A stretch of DNA of 64,000 nt, from assembly GCA_965261085.1 (NCBI GenBank), contig OZ253442.1:2336001-2400000 (forward strand). The letters are read 5' to 3'. The stretch is from a bacterium. GTDB lineage: Bacteria; UBA8248. Positions 39,747 to 48,921 of the stretch are shown piece by piece. The position numbers were made by a program, and so were the translations under genes. Numbering within the stretch: the first letter of the stretch is position 1; each line of letters opens with the position of its first letter. The notes under the pieces are model-generated. The model searched no databases and was not told where the DNA came from. It saw nothing but the letters and a program-made list of their open reading frames with translations.

Positions 39747-40556
39747 TTGCTCACGAACTGCCACACGCTGGTTTTGCGGGAACTGTTGGAGCGTCACCCC
39801 GAGATGCCCCACCCCGGGGATGACGCCTACGTCTATAACGTGGCGCCCGATTCCTTGCCCCTCTCTGGGGAATTCAAGCCGAAGGAAACCCACCGGTTCG
39901 CTCCGCCTTCGGGGGTGATGGGCCGATTCCCGAAACTCTTGTGGGTGAAATGCCATCTGGTGGTCGACAACATCTGCCACTACGGGAGCATCGCCAAGGT
40001 GGGGAGCGGGCTGTCTCCCTCCCAAAAGCGGGGCTACACCTACCTCAAGGGGGTCGAACTCATTCCCCTGATGCGGGAATTCACGCAAGAAATGGGCGTA
40101 CCCACCGATGATGCGAGCCTCCATTATCTCGCGCACGTGCTGGTCGAAATCGCGGTGGATTACGCCATATATCTCGACGACAGAACGGTGGGGGAGCAAC
40201 TCCGAGACGCCCAGTCCGCCATGAGCGACGCCCAAAAACGCGAATATGCCGAGGGTCTGGGGGCCTTGTATGGTTGCGAGCCGGAGAAAGTCGCGCGCGC
40301 GCGCGGTGCGCCCCGGAAGTTTTATGGCGATATGCACGACGTCGACCACCTCTTTCTGGGCGGACGAACGAAAATCGTTTTGAGAAAGCTCAGGCTGCCC
40401 TTCAGCGAGGAGAACACGGAGAGGACGTGCCGCCTTATAGAAGATGGAGCGCGGCTGACGGGCGATTATATGGATTTCATCGACGATTCCGTGGATGCGC
40501 TTTCCGACTGGGAGGCATGGGCAGGAGAGGTCGCCATAGATGGCGCAATATCCTGA
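39747..40556 (+). CDS. Hypothetical protein with zinc-dependent phospholipase C/P1-nuclease-like metal motifs
   Basis: N-terminal H, APD, TH, HLVVDNICH, HVLVEIAVD. Confidence 0.5.
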   Translation: MLTNCHTLVLRELLERHPEMPHPGDDAYVYNVAPDSLPLSGEFKPKETHRFAPPSGVMGRFPKLLWVKCHLVVDNICHYGSIAKVGSGLSPSQKRGYTYLKGVELIPLMREFTQEMGVPTDDASLHYLAHVLVEIAVDYAIYLDDRTVGEQLRDAQSAMSDAQKREYAEGLGALYGCEPEKVARARGAPRKFYGDMHDVDHLFLGGRTKIVLRKLRLPFSEENTERTCRLIEDGARLTGDYMDFIDDSVDALSDWEAWAGEVAIDGAIS

Positions 40557-40809
40557 TTCCGGTCTCTCGCCCCGAAATGAATCGGATCATCAAAAATATC
40601 GTTTCCACTGAAACCCGAAAGCTCGCGTTTCCATCTTTTCACGCCAACTGATACTTAAAAGACTATTTTCACGTCGACGTCTGAACGAACAAACTCCCAG
40701 ACTCCGACTTGCTCCATGTCCGAGTCGTTTCAGCGCAAACGAAGCGCGCAGTCTTTGGGAGTCTTTTTTCAGACGAGCCGGACTTTTCCGGCCGTCCATA
40801 TTGCAAGTT

Positions 40810-41082
40810 CTAGTTTACGGAGGCTTTCAGGCCCGCGCCCGCCTTGAACTTCGGCACGGTGGCCGCGGCCACCTGGATCTCCTCGCCCGTTCTCGGGTTG
40901 CGCGCCTTGCGGGCCGCCCGCTTGGAAGTGCTGAACGTGCCGAAACCCGTGAGCGTCACCTTGTCCCCGCTCTTGAGAGCCGAAGTTACGGCGCCTACGA
41001 ATGCGTCGACTACGCCCTGGGCGCTCGACTTGCTCAGGTTCGCCTGCGCGGCGATGAAATCTGCGAGTTCGCCTTTGTTCAT
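40810..41082 (-). CDS. hup: HU family DNA-binding protein
   Basis: MNKGEL, GFGTF, RKARNPRTGE, PKFKAG. Confidence 0.95.
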   Translation of the reverse strand: MNKGELADFIAAQANLSKSSAQGVVDAFVGAVTSALKSGDKVTLTGFGTFSTSKRAARKARNPRTGEEIQVAAATVPKFKAGAGLKASVN

Positions 41083-41238
41083 TTTCTTGTTCTCCTTTTT
41101 TCCTTGAGCGGTGCTCGGGCGGCGAGTGCGCGCTCATGCCTTTTCTGCTTGCTGAAACGACATTCAACAACAGAAATCTAAAAATATGGTTAGGCGGAAA
41201 TAAAATACAGGGGCGGGTGAGCACGTCACTTAAGGTAA

Positions 41239-41267
41239 ATTATAGCTTTCGATGAAGTTCCACGCAA
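41239..41267 (-). promoter_or_regulatory. Sigma70 promoter for hup
   Basis: Minus strand TTGCGT-17 bp-TATAAT. Confidence 0.6.
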
Positions 41268-41307
41268 GTGCAAAACGCTTGTTTCCTCAGGGGTAGCGGC
41301 AGTAGAG

Positions 41308-42549
41308 TCACCGAACGGGGAATTCCCACATCGCATCGTTTTCGACCATCTGATCATAGGAGAAAAGGGCGACGCCATCGGCGCCCGCCTCCCGGGCGGA
41401 GCGCCATTCGCGCCACACGCCCGCAGGGTGTTTGGTGAACAAATAGACTCCCAGGCCGATGACGACCTTGGGTGCGCGCGGATTCGGGGTTTTCACCTTC
41501 CTGGCGGCGAGCGCGCTTCGGTTGATTTGAGCGGCCAGATGCTCATCCCTAGTATAGTTCATCACTACGGCCTTATCGAGAAACCCTTTTTCGAGCCAGC
41601 CGCGCCAGTCCTGAAAGGCGGAGAGGTAGGCCCGTTCCGCCCAAGGGAGAACGGCAGTAGAAACAATAATTTGTTTTCTTAAACCTTTAGTTGTTTCATA
41701 AACGCCGCGAACCGCCGCCGTGACTTGCGCGCGCCTCCACACATCCCACGCCGCCGCGTCCGCACGCTTGACGCTTAAGCCTGCGCGCGGCGCGGTATTC
41801 TGAGTCTTGCGCTCGAAACGGGCGACGGAAGCCTCGTTGTAGCCGAAATCAAGACGCGGAGAGAAGCGAGAACCCGGCGATATGGGAAGCGCGTAGGGAT
41901 AGCGGATGAAATCGAGATGTACGCCCGCGAGGCGCGGATAATTGCGCACCAACGCCGCCGCGATGTCGATAATGCGCCCCCGCACGCCCGGATGGCCCGG
42001 GTCGAGAAAAATGCCGGGTGTCCCCAGGCCGAACCCTTTCGCCCACGCGGGTTTTCCCGAGAGAGGATATTCGAGCAGGGAGCGCCCGTATTGATCCTTT
42101 AGCACGGCTTCTTTCCCAAGCTCGCGGATGATGGGCGCTTTTTTGTTTCTCGCCAGTGCGAATGCGTTTATCCACGCATGGACCTTGATGGCGCGGCCGC
42201 CTTCTTTCGGAGAAGCCAGGGCGAGCAGGAGCGCCAGTGGATCTTGCCCGGCTCGTTTTGCAGGAGAATCATCGGCCAGCTTCGTGGGGAACCACGCGCG
42301 GCCAGAGCGATAGACTTGCGCGTAGATGTCCGTGACGCCCGCAGCGCGCGCGCGCTTCACCAGAGCCTTGATTTTCCCGGCGCTGTCCAGGGTTCTATTC
42401 GCGCCTTCCGCTTGGACCCAAAGGCCGATTTCGAAGGATTTGGGCGCGAAGAGGCGCACGAGAAAATTCTGGTGAAACGAAGAGCACCCCGAAACCTGGA
42501 ACGCGATGAGCAAAAGACAGGGCGCGCCTATAAGTAGGAGCCGCTTCAT
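41308..42549 (-). CDS. Glycoside hydrolase GHL10 (YddW/YngK-like), probable lipoprotein
   Basis: VSGC lipobox-like, DPLA, KVHAWIN, LDPGHPGVR, GVHLDFIRYP, QDWRGW, FSY. Confidence 0.82.
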   Translation of the reverse strand: MKRLLLIGAPCLLLIAFQVSGCSSFHQNFLVRLFAPKSFEIGLWVQAEGANRTLDSAGKIKALVKRARAAGVTDIYAQVYRSGRAWFPTKLADDSPAKRAGQDPLALLLALASPKEGGRAIKVHAWINAFALARNKKAPIIRELGKEAVLKDQYGRSLLEYPLSGKPAWAKGFGLGTPGIFLDPGHPGVRGRIIDIAAALVRNYPRLAGVHLDFIRYPYALPISPGSRFSPRLDFGYNEASVARFERKTQNTAPRAGLSVKRADAAAWDVWRRAQVTAAVRGVYETTKGLRKQIIVSTAVLPWAERAYLSAFQDWRGWLEKGFLDKAVVMNYTRDEHLAAQINRSALAARKVKTPNPRAPKVVIGLGVYLFTKHPAGVWREWRSAREAGADGVALFSYDQMVENDAMWEFPVR

Positions 42550-42719
42550 CCGGGTTTCCCGTGGGCGGGTTTGGACGGGGAGAGGCGCGGTCTTCTCGTC
42601 GCCGGGCGGAGACGACGCGCACAAACTACACGTTGCGCCGAGGGGAGGTCAACGGAAAACCCGAGGATTCGGGGAGAAAAGAATGAACGCTGCGTGAAAA
42701 GGCGCGCTCTTGCCGGGCG

Positions 42720-43280
42720 TTATCCGGCGCTCAGCGCAGCTTTCGTCGTCGAGGCGGCCTCGGCCAGGGCCTCCTTTTCCGCCTCGCGCATGGCCTCGCC
42801 CAGAATTTCGCGATACGCCTCGATGACTTTTTGGGCGGAAATGCCTCCTTCCAGCGCATTCCAGGCGGCCAGGGCAGCACCCAGATGCGCCGCCTCTGGC
42901 GCTGCGGCGTGTTTTGAGGCGATGGCGTCGATATCCACCGAGGCGATGCGGATCTCGTGGTTTTCTTTGGCGTTTTGCGTGTTCAAGACGAGAATGCCGC
43001 CTGGTTTGAGGGCGTTGCCCATCGGGGGTACGACGGTGAGGAGGGGGTCGCAGACGATTTCGAGATCATACGCCGCCGGGATGGCGAGGTCGGTGAACTG
43101 TTCTCGTGAAATTTTCACCACCGCCCTGTCGGGCGAGCCCGCCGGAGAGGGAAAGCCGGGCGTGCGCACCTGGGCGGAAAACCCCTCACTGGCGGCCGCC
43201 TCGCCGAAGATGCGCGCCGCGCTCAGGAAAAGGCCCTCTCCGCCGATTTCGCGTCTTCCGTGAAAACAAACTACGTGCAT
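42720..43280 (-). CDS. Divergent 2-oxoacid:acceptor oxidoreductase gamma-subunit (PorC/KorG)-like protein, stand-alone
   Basis: FHGR..GGEG, A.VKISRE, LKPGGILVLN, LGA. Confidence 0.6.
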   Translation of the reverse strand: MHVVCFHGRREIGGEGLFLSAARIFGEAAASEGFSAQVRTPGFPSPAGSPDRAVVKISREQFTDLAIPAAYDLEIVCDPLLTVVPPMGNALKPGGILVLNTQNAKENHEIRIASVDIDAIASKHAAAPEAAHLGAALAAWNALEGGISAQKVIEAYREILGEAMREAEKEALAEAASTTKAALSAG

Positions 43281-43471
43281 GACGTATTCCCGTTTGAGAG
43301 AAGAAAAAAGCGCAACCCCTCGACATCCTTATCAAAGTCGGTGCTTCTTTTCCATCATTCAAGTTGACATCGAATACGCGCCCTCGCAATATGGCCCAAG
43401 GATTTCCCGGAAACCTGCGCCGCCCGAAAGCCTCGTCGCACGGGGGGTGGGCAAATAATGGAGAGTACGCT

Positions 43472-44863
43472 TTGAGCAAGAAGTTCAAGATATTCACATA
43501 CGGCTGCCAGATGAACCGCTACGATACGGAGACGATCACCGGGTATCTGGAGGCCGAAGGGTATGAGGAGACCGAATCGAACGAGACGGCCGACCTCATC
43601 CTGCTGAATACCTGCTCGATTCGCGACAAGGCGGAGCAGAAGGTTTATAGCCAGATTGGGCGTCTCGACAAGCTCAAGAAAGCAAACCCCGCCCTCAAAG
43701 TCGGCGTGTGCGGCTGTTTCGCAACGCGCGACGGAGAGGCGATCGCGAAGCGCGGCAAAGCAGTCGACCTCGTCTTCGGCACCCAGAACATCGCCAAGCT
43801 CCCGATGCTGCTGGAAGAGATGGAGGAGGGCCGGGTGATCGATACCGAGCCTATCGCGCCCGATTTCACCGAACTCGCCCCGATGGTGCGCGGCGGCGGC
43901 CTGAACGCCTTCGTGAGCATCGCGCGCGGGTGCGATAATTTCTGCACTTTCTGCGTCGTACCCTACACGCGCGGACCCGAGTGGAGCAAGCCGAGCGAAC
44001 TCATCGTGGACGAGGTCGAACGCGCGGTGGAGGAGGGTTTTCGCGAGGTGACGCTCCTCGGCCAGAATGTGAACTCCTATGGCCGTAAATCCCCGAACGA
44101 TCTTAGCTTCGGCGGGCTGCTCAGGCGCTTGAACGACGTGGACGGGCTCGAACGCATCCGCTTCATGACGTCCCATCCCAAGGATTGCGATGAGGAGATG
44201 GTCGACGCGATGGGGGAATCCCCAAAGGTGTGCGAGCATCTCCATCTCCCGGTTCAATCGGGAGCGGACGCGGTGCTCGCGCGAATGGAGCGCGGCTACA
44301 CGGCGGAGGAATATTTGGAAAAGGTCTCCCTGTTCAGGGAGCGCGTGAAGGACGGGGTGTTGACTTCTGACGTCATCATCGGCTTCCCCGGGGAGCGGGA
44401 TGAGGATTTCGAGGGCACGCTCCGCGTTTTGCGCGAGGCTCGCTACGACAATATCTACATGTTCAAATACTCCCCCCGGCCCGGAACGCCCGCATTCGAC
44501 ATGGAGGCCCTTCCCGAAGAGGTGCTCACCGAGCGCTTCGAGGAGGCGAGCCGGGTGCAGCGCGAGATGACGGAGAGTCTGCACGCGGAACTCGTCGGGA
44601 GTGTGCAGGAGGTGATGGTCGAGCGGGCGGTGAAGCCCAAGAGCGCGCCCGCCGGATGCGCGGGCTGCCCGGAGGTGGGGGATGAGTCGGCTCCGAACTG
44701 GTTTGCGGGTCGCAGCCGAGGCAATCACAGGGTACAATTATACGCGGAGGGTCTTACGCCTGCGCCTGGGGAGTTGGTCGAGGTGAAAATTATGAGGAGT
44801 GGCATTCACTCTTTGGCCGGAGTCTCGCCGCCAAGCGCCGTGGCGATGGAGGAAGACGAATGA
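43472..44863 (+). CDS. miaB: tRNA-2-methylthio-N6-dimethylallyladenosine synthase
   Basis: TYGCQMN, NTCSIRDKAEQK, radical SAM CDNFCTFC, GQNVNSY, YSPRPGTPA, TRAM domain. Confidence 0.95.
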   Translation: MSKKFKIFTYGCQMNRYDTETITGYLEAEGYEETESNETADLILLNTCSIRDKAEQKVYSQIGRLDKLKKANPALKVGVCGCFATRDGEAIAKRGKAVDLVFGTQNIAKLPMLLEEMEEGRVIDTEPIAPDFTELAPMVRGGGLNAFVSIARGCDNFCTFCVVPYTRGPEWSKPSELIVDEVERAVEEGFREVTLLGQNVNSYGRKSPNDLSFGGLLRRLNDVDGLERIRFMTSHPKDCDEEMVDAMGESPKVCEHLHLPVQSGADAVLARMERGYTAEEYLEKVSLFRERVKDGVLTSDVIIGFPGERDEDFEGTLRVLREARYDNIYMFKYSPRPGTPAFDMEALPEEVLTERFEEASRVQREMTESLHAELVGSVQEVMVERAVKPKSAPAGCAGCPEVGDESAPNWFAGRSRGNHRVQLYAEGLTPAPGELVEVKIMRSGIHSLAGVSPPSAVAMEEDE

Positions 44864-45423
44864 TGATCGAGATGAAAGTCAAGGGCCTCACGCTCGATCC
44901 GCACACCAATGTGCCGATTGTGGTTCTGCGCGAGACCGAGGGAGATCGCGCGCTGCCCATCTGGGTGGGTATTTTCGAGGCCCATGCCATCGCGCGCGAG
45001 ATCGAGAGTTTCGAGACGCCGCGTCCGATGACCCACGATTTGATCAAGAACCTGATCAACAACATCAAAGGCCGGGTGGACAAAATAATCATCAACGATT
45101 TGCGGGACAATACCTTTTTCGCCGAAATACATCTTTCCATGAACGGCTCGGAATTCGTCGTCGACTCGAGGCCCTCCGACGCCATCGCCGTGGCCCTCCG
45201 CATGGGCAGCCCGATTTTCGTCGAGGAGAAGGTGCTCGAGGAGGCGAAGAGCATCCAGTTCAACGAAGAGGAAGTGAAAGAGGGCGTCTCCGGTATGGAG
45301 GCGCGCAGAGGGGAAGACAAGCCCCCCGAGGCGGAAAAGCCGATCGAGGACGAGCCCGAGGACATCAAGGAATGGCTCAAGGACTTGAAGCCCGATGATT
45401 TTCTAAAAGAGGACAACAACTAA
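44860..45423 (+). CDS. Bifunctional nuclease family protein (DUF151)
   Basis: LPIWVG..EA.AI, PRPMTHDL, DSRPSDAIA.A. Confidence 0.92.
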   Translation: MMIEMKVKGLTLDPHTNVPIVVLRETEGDRALPIWVGIFEAHAIAREIESFETPRPMTHDLIKNLINNIKGRVDKIIINDLRDNTFFAEIHLSMNGSEFVVDSRPSDAIAVALRMGSPIFVEEKVLEEAKSIQFNEEEVKEGVSGMEARRGEDKPPEAEKPIEDEPEDIKEWLKDLKPDDFLKEDNN

Positions 45424-45458
45424 GGCGACGCTCGCCCGGGCGTCACCCCCACCGGAGT

Positions 45459-46115
45459 TTGACCGCTTTGCTTCTCTATCTTTTGCGACACGGCGAGACG
45501 GACTGGAACGTCGAGCAGCGCATACAGGGTGTTTCCGACACCGAGCTCAACGACGTGGGCGTCGCCCAGGCCGAAGCGCTCGGCTGCACGCTGCGTGGGC
45601 GTCCGATCGCCTGCGTCTACGCGAGTCCACTGAGGCGCGCGAGGCGTACCGCCGAGATCGTCGCGCAAGCCGTGGGCGCGCCCTTGTACGAGGAGGCGGG
45701 CATCGCCGAGTTGAACCAGGGCGAACTCGAGGGAGAGCCCTTTCGCCGGCTTCCCGAGACGCATCCCGATTTCATACATGTGTGGCGAAACTATCCCGCC
45801 CGTGCGCGCATGCCGGGTGGTGAGACTCTCGCGGAATTACAGGAGAGGGCTTGGACCGCGATGGAGCGGTTTCTTGCGGCGCACGAAAACGAGACTATCG
45901 CCGCGGTGAGCCACAATCTGGCGATCATCATGATCCTGTGCAGGATTCTGGGCGTGGAGCTCAACGGCTTCAGACGGATACGTCAGCACAATGCCGCCAT
46001 GAACATCATCGAGCATTCGCCCGAGCGGGGCTGGAGCGTCGTGACGATGAATTCGCTGGCGCACCTTCAGGACGCGCCCGTCTCGGAGCGAAATTCGTAT
46101 CTGCCCTATATTTGA
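45459..46115 (+). CDS. Histidine phosphatase (phosphoglycerate mutase/CobC-like)
   Basis: LRHGETDWN, SPLRRA, GGETL, VSH. Confidence 0.92.
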   Translation: MTALLLYLLRHGETDWNVEQRIQGVSDTELNDVGVAQAEALGCTLRGRPIACVYASPLRRARRTAEIVAQAVGAPLYEEAGIAELNQGELEGEPFRRLPETHPDFIHVWRNYPARARMPGGETLAELQERAWTAMERFLAAHENETIAAVSHNLAIIMILCRILGVELNGFRRIRQHNAAMNIIEHSPERGWSVVTMNSLAHLQDAPVSERNSYLPYI

Positions 46116-46156
46116 GGTGGCGGCCGCGAGGCCGCGCTGCGGGGTGAGCGCGCGGC

Positions 46157-46348
46157 TCAGTCGTAGTCCTTGCCTTCGGAGTCGGAGACGTTCCGGTAGT
46201 AGTCCTGAATGTCGTCGACGAGGCGGTCGACCTCGGTTTTTGGTTTTTTCCGCTTGGACGCCATGTAGCGGTGCAGCAGGTAAAAAGCGATGAAACCCAG
46301 GAAAAAGCCCAGCGCCGCTCCGTCGAGGAATGTCTGGTATCCGCCCAT
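46157..46348 (-). CDS. Small single-TM hypothetical protein
   Basis: One hydrophobic helix, a basic patch and an acidic tail; the ORF is open from 46387. Confidence 0.45.
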   Translation of the reverse strand: MGGYQTFLDGAALGFFLGFIAFYLLHRYMASKRKKPKTEVDRLVDDIQDYYRNVSDSEGKDYD

Positions 46349-46612
46349 CAGAACGCTCCAGCCTGTGATGTTTGTGTATGGACACACATTATCTTTGGAG
46401 CCGTTCGCCTGTCAACCGAATGGGTAGTTGGGCCGTTTCGCCAAGAAGCGTTAAAGTGCTGAAATGAATGACAGGAGAGCTTCATCCGCGCATCGCCGGA
46501 GGATACCCGGCGTGAAGCCCCATGAGAGAGCATTCAAATGAGCGCGCACGAGTCCCAGACGCGCATTGTCGGGCGAGGACGCCGGGTTCGAACTCCATGA
46601 GAGAGTATTAAA

Positions 46613-48748
46613 ATGAGCCCAAGAGAGCACAGAACGTACACGCTGAAACGGCCCACGCCATCGCCCGCGCGGCGCAAGGCGTATGAAGAAAAGCTCAACC
46701 CCCAGCAACTGGAAGTCGTGATGGCGGGAGGGGGGCCGCTTCTCGTCATCGCGGGCGCGGGCAGCGGCAAGACGCACACCATCACCTACCGCCTCGCGCG
46801 CCTCGTGGAAGACGGCGTCGCGCCCGAATCCATCCTCCTCGTCACTTTTACGAACAAGGCGGCGCGCGAGATGCTCCACCGCACCGCCTCCCTCATCCAG
46901 ACGGACGCGCGGCGCGTGTGGGGCGGCACGTTCCACCACGTGGGGAATTTAATCCTGAGGCGTTATGGGGAACTCATCGGGTACGGGCCGAATTTCACTA
47001 TCCTGGACCGCGAGGATGCGGCCGATCTGGTGACCGAGTGCATCCGCCTCGCGGGGTTCGACCCGAAGGAGAAGTATTTCCCGAGGGGCCGCGTTCTGGA
47101 GTCGGTTTTCGCTCTCGCCGCCGATACCGACCGGAGCGTTTCGGAGACGGTTCTGGGTCGGTATTCATACCTGGCGGACCGCCTGGGCGAGATAGAACAG
47201 ATTGCCGCCCACTATGAGAAGCGCAAAAAAGAGATACAGGCGGTGGATTTCTCAGGTCTGCTCTCCCTCACGCGGAATCTGCTCGCCGAGCAGGAGGAGG
47301 TGCGTAAAGAACTCCAGGCGCGTTTTCGCTACATCCTCGTGGATGAATACCAGGACACCAACAAGGTGCAGGCCGACCTCGTGGACTTCCTGGCCGGAGA
47401 GCAAAAGAACGTCACCGTGGTGGGAGATGACGCGCAGAGCATCTACAGCTTCAGGGGCGCGCATTTTGAGAACATCATCACTTTTCCTGAGCGATACCCC
47501 GGCGCCAGGCTCTTCCGCCTCGAAGAAAACTACAGGAGCACGGCCTCCATCCTGGCGCTTGCCAACGCCTCCATCGCCCACAACAAGCGCCAGTTCAAGA
47601 AAAACCTCAAGACCTCCCGCGGCGAGGGGATGAAGCCCGCCCTCGTGGCCGCGCGCGACGCCATGCAGCAGGCCGACTTCGTGGTCGACCGCACGCTGGC
47701 GCTGCGCGATGAGGATGACGTGCCGCTCTCCCAGATCGCGGTGCTCTACCGGGCGCACTACCACTCCATGGAGCTTCAGATGGAGCTCACGCGCCGGGGG
47801 ATTCCCTTCGAGATCAGAAGCGGACTTCGCTTTTTCGAGCAGCGCCACATCAAGGACGTCACGGCGTTCCTGCGGCTGGTGAGCTCCCCTGCGGACGAGT
47901 TGGCCTGGAAGCGCGCGCTCAAGCTCCTGCCCGGCGTGGGGGATGTGACGGCGCACAGGGTCTGGGAGCAGGTAAGTGCGCAGGCGGAGCCCTTCTTATT
48001 CCTAGCGCGCGGCGGGGTGGGTTCCCTCCCCAGGAACGCGCGCGAGGGTTTTGATGTTTTCAGGAAGCTGGTCGTCGATCTGACGGGCGCGCCGCGCGCC
48101 GCTATGGGCGAGCAGCAATTCGCTCTCCCGCCGACGGAGATGATAAACCTCGTTCTGGATCGGTTCTATCAGGATTACGTCGAGAACACTTTCGAAGACG
48201 CCCCGACGCGCATAGAGGACGTGCGCCAACTCGCGGAATTCGCCATGCAATACGAGGCGGCGACGGCGTTTCTATCCGAACTGGCGCTCATGGGAACGGC
48301 CGCCGCCGCTGGACCCGCGACCCCGGGCGAGCGCGAGGAGCCGGATGAGTCGATGATCCTGACCTCGGTTCATCAGGCGAAGGGTCTCGAGTGGAAGGTG
48401 GTGTTCCTCCTCTGGCTCACCGATACCCGCTTTCCCTCGACGCGGTCGCTGGCCGATCCCGAGGGGGAAGAGGAAGAAAGGCGGCTTTTCTACGTCGCTC
48501 TCACGCGGGCGAAAGACGAACTCTACATGTGCCAGCCCATGCTCGAGAGCGAAGCGTGGAAGATGGGGGCGTTCTCCAGGCTTTCGAGATACGTGGAGGA
48601 ATTGCCCGAGGAACTCTATGAGCGTTGGCTGCTCGAAGAAGAGGCGATAGAGAGCCCGCAGGATGAAGACGCCCCGGAGCCCGCCTCGCGTCTCGCCGAT
48701 CCGGATGAGCCAGACGGCCTGCGCTATGAATACGACGAGGGTGCTTGA
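46613..48748 (+). CDS. ATP-dependent SF1 DNA helicase, UvrD/PcrA family (lacks the usual C-terminal Tudor-like domain)
   Basis: AGAGSGKT, TFTNKAA, VDEYQD, GDDAQSIYSFRGA, ENYRS, HQAKGLE, EERRLFYVALTRAK. Confidence 0.93.
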   Translation: MSPREHRTYTLKRPTPSPARRKAYEEKLNPQQLEVVMAGGGPLLVIAGAGSGKTHTITYRLARLVEDGVAPESILLVTFTNKAAREMLHRTASLIQTDARRVWGGTFHHVGNLILRRYGELIGYGPNFTILDREDAADLVTECIRLAGFDPKEKYFPRGRVLESVFALAADTDRSVSETVLGRYSYLADRLGEIEQIAAHYEKRKKEIQAVDFSGLLSLTRNLLAEQEEVRKELQARFRYILVDEYQDTNKVQADLVDFLAGEQKNVTVVGDDAQSIYSFRGAHFENIITFPERYPGARLFRLEENYRSTASILALANASIAHNKRQFKKNLKTSRGEGMKPALVAARDAMQQADFVVDRTLALRDEDDVPLSQIAVLYRAHYHSMELQMELTRRGIPFEIRSGLRFFEQRHIKDVTAFLRLVSSPADELAWKRALKLLPGVGDVTAHRVWEQVSAQAEPFLFLARGGVGSLPRNAREGFDVFRKLVVDLTGAPRAAMGEQQFALPPTEMINLVLDRFYQDYVENTFEDAPTRIEDVRQLAEFAMQYEAATAFLSELALMGTAAAAGPATPGEREEPDESMILTSVHQAKGLEWKVVFLLWLTDTRFPSTRSLADPEGEEEERRLFYVALTRAKDELYMCQPMLESEAWKMGAFSRLSRYVEELPEELYERWLLEEEAIESPQDEDAPEPASRLADPDEPDGLRYEYDEGA

Positions 48749-48921
48749 GCGCTTGTTCGCCGCCGCCGCTTCGCGCTATGATTTTTCGCCGACTCCCAGG
48801 GGGATGCAGCAGTTTTCGAGCGGCCTTTCTCGTTAGGCTTCATACCGGGCCGTTGTTCGTCATTATAAGCTAAGGAATAAAATTCGTGTCATTCGCCGTC
48901 ATCAATGGAGGAATGAAATTC

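Noticed and set aside
40678-40792. Hammerhead ribozyme, SRP or 6S RNA; also ORF 40590..40799
   Set aside because: CUGANGA/GAAA are not correctly placed, the SRP GGAA-loop motif is absent and there is no 6S-like central bubble. The ORF has no recognisable protein features.
46570-46600. GGTTCGAACTCC resembling a tRNA T-arm
   Set aside because: No cloverleaf, acceptor stem or D-arm can be built around it.
46538-46612. In-frame TGA upstream of the helicase as a second Sec site
   Set aside because: No redox motif, the helicase is complete from 46613, and the region is explained by a short duplication.
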